Source: Eledone cirrhosa | Lineage: Eukaryota | Length of the DNA stretch: 64,000 nucleotides | Direction of reading: 5' to 3' | Assembly (NCBI GenBank): GCA_964016885.1 | Contig: OZ024749.1 | Coordinates: forward strand, 3,782,001 to 3,846,000 | Part shown: positions 61,357 through 64,000 of the stretch, piece by piece | Position numbering within the stretch: the stretch's first letter is position 1 | How the letters are laid out: the number at the start of each line of letters is the position of its first letter | Position numbers and translations under genes: made by a program | Notes under the pieces: generated by a model | What the model saw: only the letters and a program-made list of their open reading frames with translations | Told to the model about the DNA's origin: nothing | Databases searched by the model: none

Positions 61357-61832
61357 AAAGAAGAGGGCTATCAGTCGATAATAAATGTAGTCTTTGTAAA
61401 ACAAAGATAAAAAATATTAGCCACATTGTTGCCAACTGCGAATGAATGTCGTCTCGCTATTACTTCCCTATGAGACACGATGTGATAACTAGAACGACCT
61501 GGAGCGCACTTAAGAAGCCAAAATTAAAAACAAATGATGGGGAATATGTTGAGATAGGTGGAACTAAGGAATACTGATGGAATCTGAAAATAAAAACTGC
61601 CACCAAATTAAAGCACAACCAGCCTGATATTTTTGTTTGGGACCACATATTGAAAACGTGCTCTGTTGTAGAGATCAGCTGCCGACTTGATGTCAACCTT
61701 GTAAGAAAAATACAAGAGAAGGAGGACATATACGCACTATTGATGACAAGTTTGCAGATCCAGTATCCAAGATATACCTTCAGCTTTATACCCATTATTA
61801 TTGGAGCTACAGGTTATATACAAACAGGCTGA
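61357..61832 (+). pseudogene. Non-LTR retrotransposon C-terminus: CCHC zinc knuckle and restriction-like endonuclease (R4/NeSL/R2-group)
   Basis: CSLCKTKIKNISHIVANC, MRHDVI, KHNQPDIFVWD..CSVVEISC..KIQEKEDIY, IPIIIGATG. Confidence 0.9.
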
Positions 61833-64000
61833 ACTTGGAATTGTGACCTTCTTGATAAATGTATTTTTCGATATGTCATATAAACCTGAAACACGTAGAG
61901 GACACATGTTACATTTGTAATAATTTATTACAAATGAAACATATATTCCTTAGAGTGTGTCGGCAGTAAATTCAAAACTATTTAATAATATATTATATAT
62001 TACCCCAAAAAACCCTCTTTCTTTTGACATCTACACACCACGCATCTTATGTCGAATTATCATTTTCCTCTTGTCAACAATAGAAACACGAAGGAAATGT
62101 AGTCTGCTCATTTCTAACCTTCAGAACATTTTAAGTAATGATATATCTCACTTGACATTAAATATGCAAGGAACTTAATTTGGTTCTGTTTGAACCTAAC
62201 GTAATTCCATTCTCCTAACAAACGTTACAAAGACGTACAAGGAAAACTTGGAGTGATATACAGGTAAAGAAATATTCATATTTTATCAAATTCGTAACAA
62301 TAAAACTTATTCAACTCATGTTGCATATCACAACACGGCGACCATTTATCTTCCTGCAAAGGATATTGATGCAATACTTTTAAATGAAACAACCATTGCC
62401 CCCTACATTGCCCCCTGCGGCTTCGTTTGAGGTTTGGTGTCATAGAAGGGTATATTCATGAAATACATGAGTTTAGAGGGGACCTTGTGAAATATTGAAC
62501 TTAACCTGTTGAACGAACATAAAAGTGTTAGCCACTGAAACAGCAAACCAGAAGGGTGTGAATCAAAACAGTTCTAGTATAGCATTCCGATATTCATATA
62601 TGTATTCCTGTATAGAGATAATATCCACTCAATCATTTATCAGTGGATATAAACCGATGCTAATAAACAGGTTGTCTTTGTAATGAATTATACATGTACC
62701 CTGTATTGTTGATGCTTGTCACATCCGCAATGTTTCTGTTGATAAACTGCAAAAGCAAGTATTAGTATTCAAAGAAAAAAAACAACAAACAAAAGTATAG
62801 CAGGATTATTATCGTTGGACTGTTTGCAAACGTGAAATGAAGCTGGCCTGTTTTATTTTGATCACGATATTATTAATTTAGATAAAATCTAAAACTAGAT
62901 GATGGATGTTCTATTTAGGCTTATCGCATCAGGATTATTGCAGTAGAATATTGTTATTGAAATTAGCTGTATCAGCATTGTGTAGTATTTTATTATCGTC
63001 ATCATGGCTTCTCTTTACTAGAGAAGATTTATGAAGTGGGTTGGCCACGTATATTGCCGAGACGTTGGTGGTGGTTGACGAGATTATTATAGTACAGAAA
63101 GATCGGGCCGCTGAGTATGGAAGAGGAAGTTTGTTTTGGACACGAGAATGTTGCACCATGTTCCTTGCTTCTTCCTTCCTAAGCTCCTATGTATACACAA
63201 TAAGGTTTACATGAGCAAAAGAAAAATCAAACCTGTGTGTAGTATCTGACTATGTTAAATGATTAGCGTTCACATCAGTCATCTGGCGATGATCAGTATT
63301 GTTTAGTAAAGATGAGTTACAACGAAATATGGATAATTTCTAAGTTTATCACATGTCGGTTAGAGCATGTAGAACAGCCAGCTATACCACTTGACATTGA
63401 GATTTTGATGGGGCGTACCTAAACAGTGCTGCTTAAATTCCACTGCCTTTATATTGTTCGCTTAATTGTACATACATTATGTAAGCTCCAAATATATGTA
63501 TATGCCTGTAAACCCTTGTATTTTATTTATTCAGTAGAGCGTGATTTGAACATATAATTCATGAATTCGGAATAATTACCGTGAAACATATTGTAACAGC
63601 CCCATAAATATATCAATAATTATCAGCTAATTAATTGCCATTTATCGAAATATTTCAACGCCAAATTATTTATATTCGTTTAATTAATTATTTCTAGTAA
63701 AACGTAAATGTAAATATATATTTTATGAATATGCATACACAATAAGCTTTAAATTAACCTATATTGTTTTAAAGCCAACATTCATTCTATCTTGTTTAAG
63801 TAGGATATCTTTCGGATGCAAACAAAGCTGCTCTCTTCGTTATAAGAATATCTTGTGAGTGTCATTTTGAGAGTGTGGTATTCACAAAGACTGGAGTCGA
63901 CTGAGAGAGGAACTGATTGAATTGACCCCCTCTCTACTCTTGGTTGATTCAGAGGAAAGTAAGTGGAGTTTGAGTGTTATTTTCGTGATCGACCTCCGGA

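Noticed and set aside
63015-63160. MKWVGHV resembling the RTE C-terminal WxGHV motif
   Set aside because: A single short motif with no supporting flanking similarity.

Overview
AT-rich eukaryotic (animal) non-coding DNA with no recognisable host gene. Almost every ORF in the track is an artefact of (TA)n/(CA)n/(TACA)n/(GA)n microsatellites. The SINE families and microsatellite load suggest an octopus/cephalopod genome (inference). Real coding remnants are all transposable elements: at least six decayed Penelope-like elements (PLEs; five Naiad-like, two of them with a CxCx5C linker plus GIY-YIG, and one Neptune-like), three RTE LINE fragments, a Tx1/L1-like fragment, an RLE-type non-LTR fragment and a Helitron Pif1 fragment. 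There are also about 15 tRNA-derived SINEs and a Tc1/mariner-like MITE. The most striking signal is structural. Many short PLE 3' ends sit against (TA)n tracts, carry small type I hammerhead ribozyme motifs, and are repeatedly arranged as inverted (fold-back) pairs, so one locus carries a ribozyme motif on each strand. Several hammerhead families are present: one canonical, one with a long covarying stem II, one with a U3-A8 core, and one whose six copies all have a non-canonical A at core position 4. All folds were made by eye and are untested.
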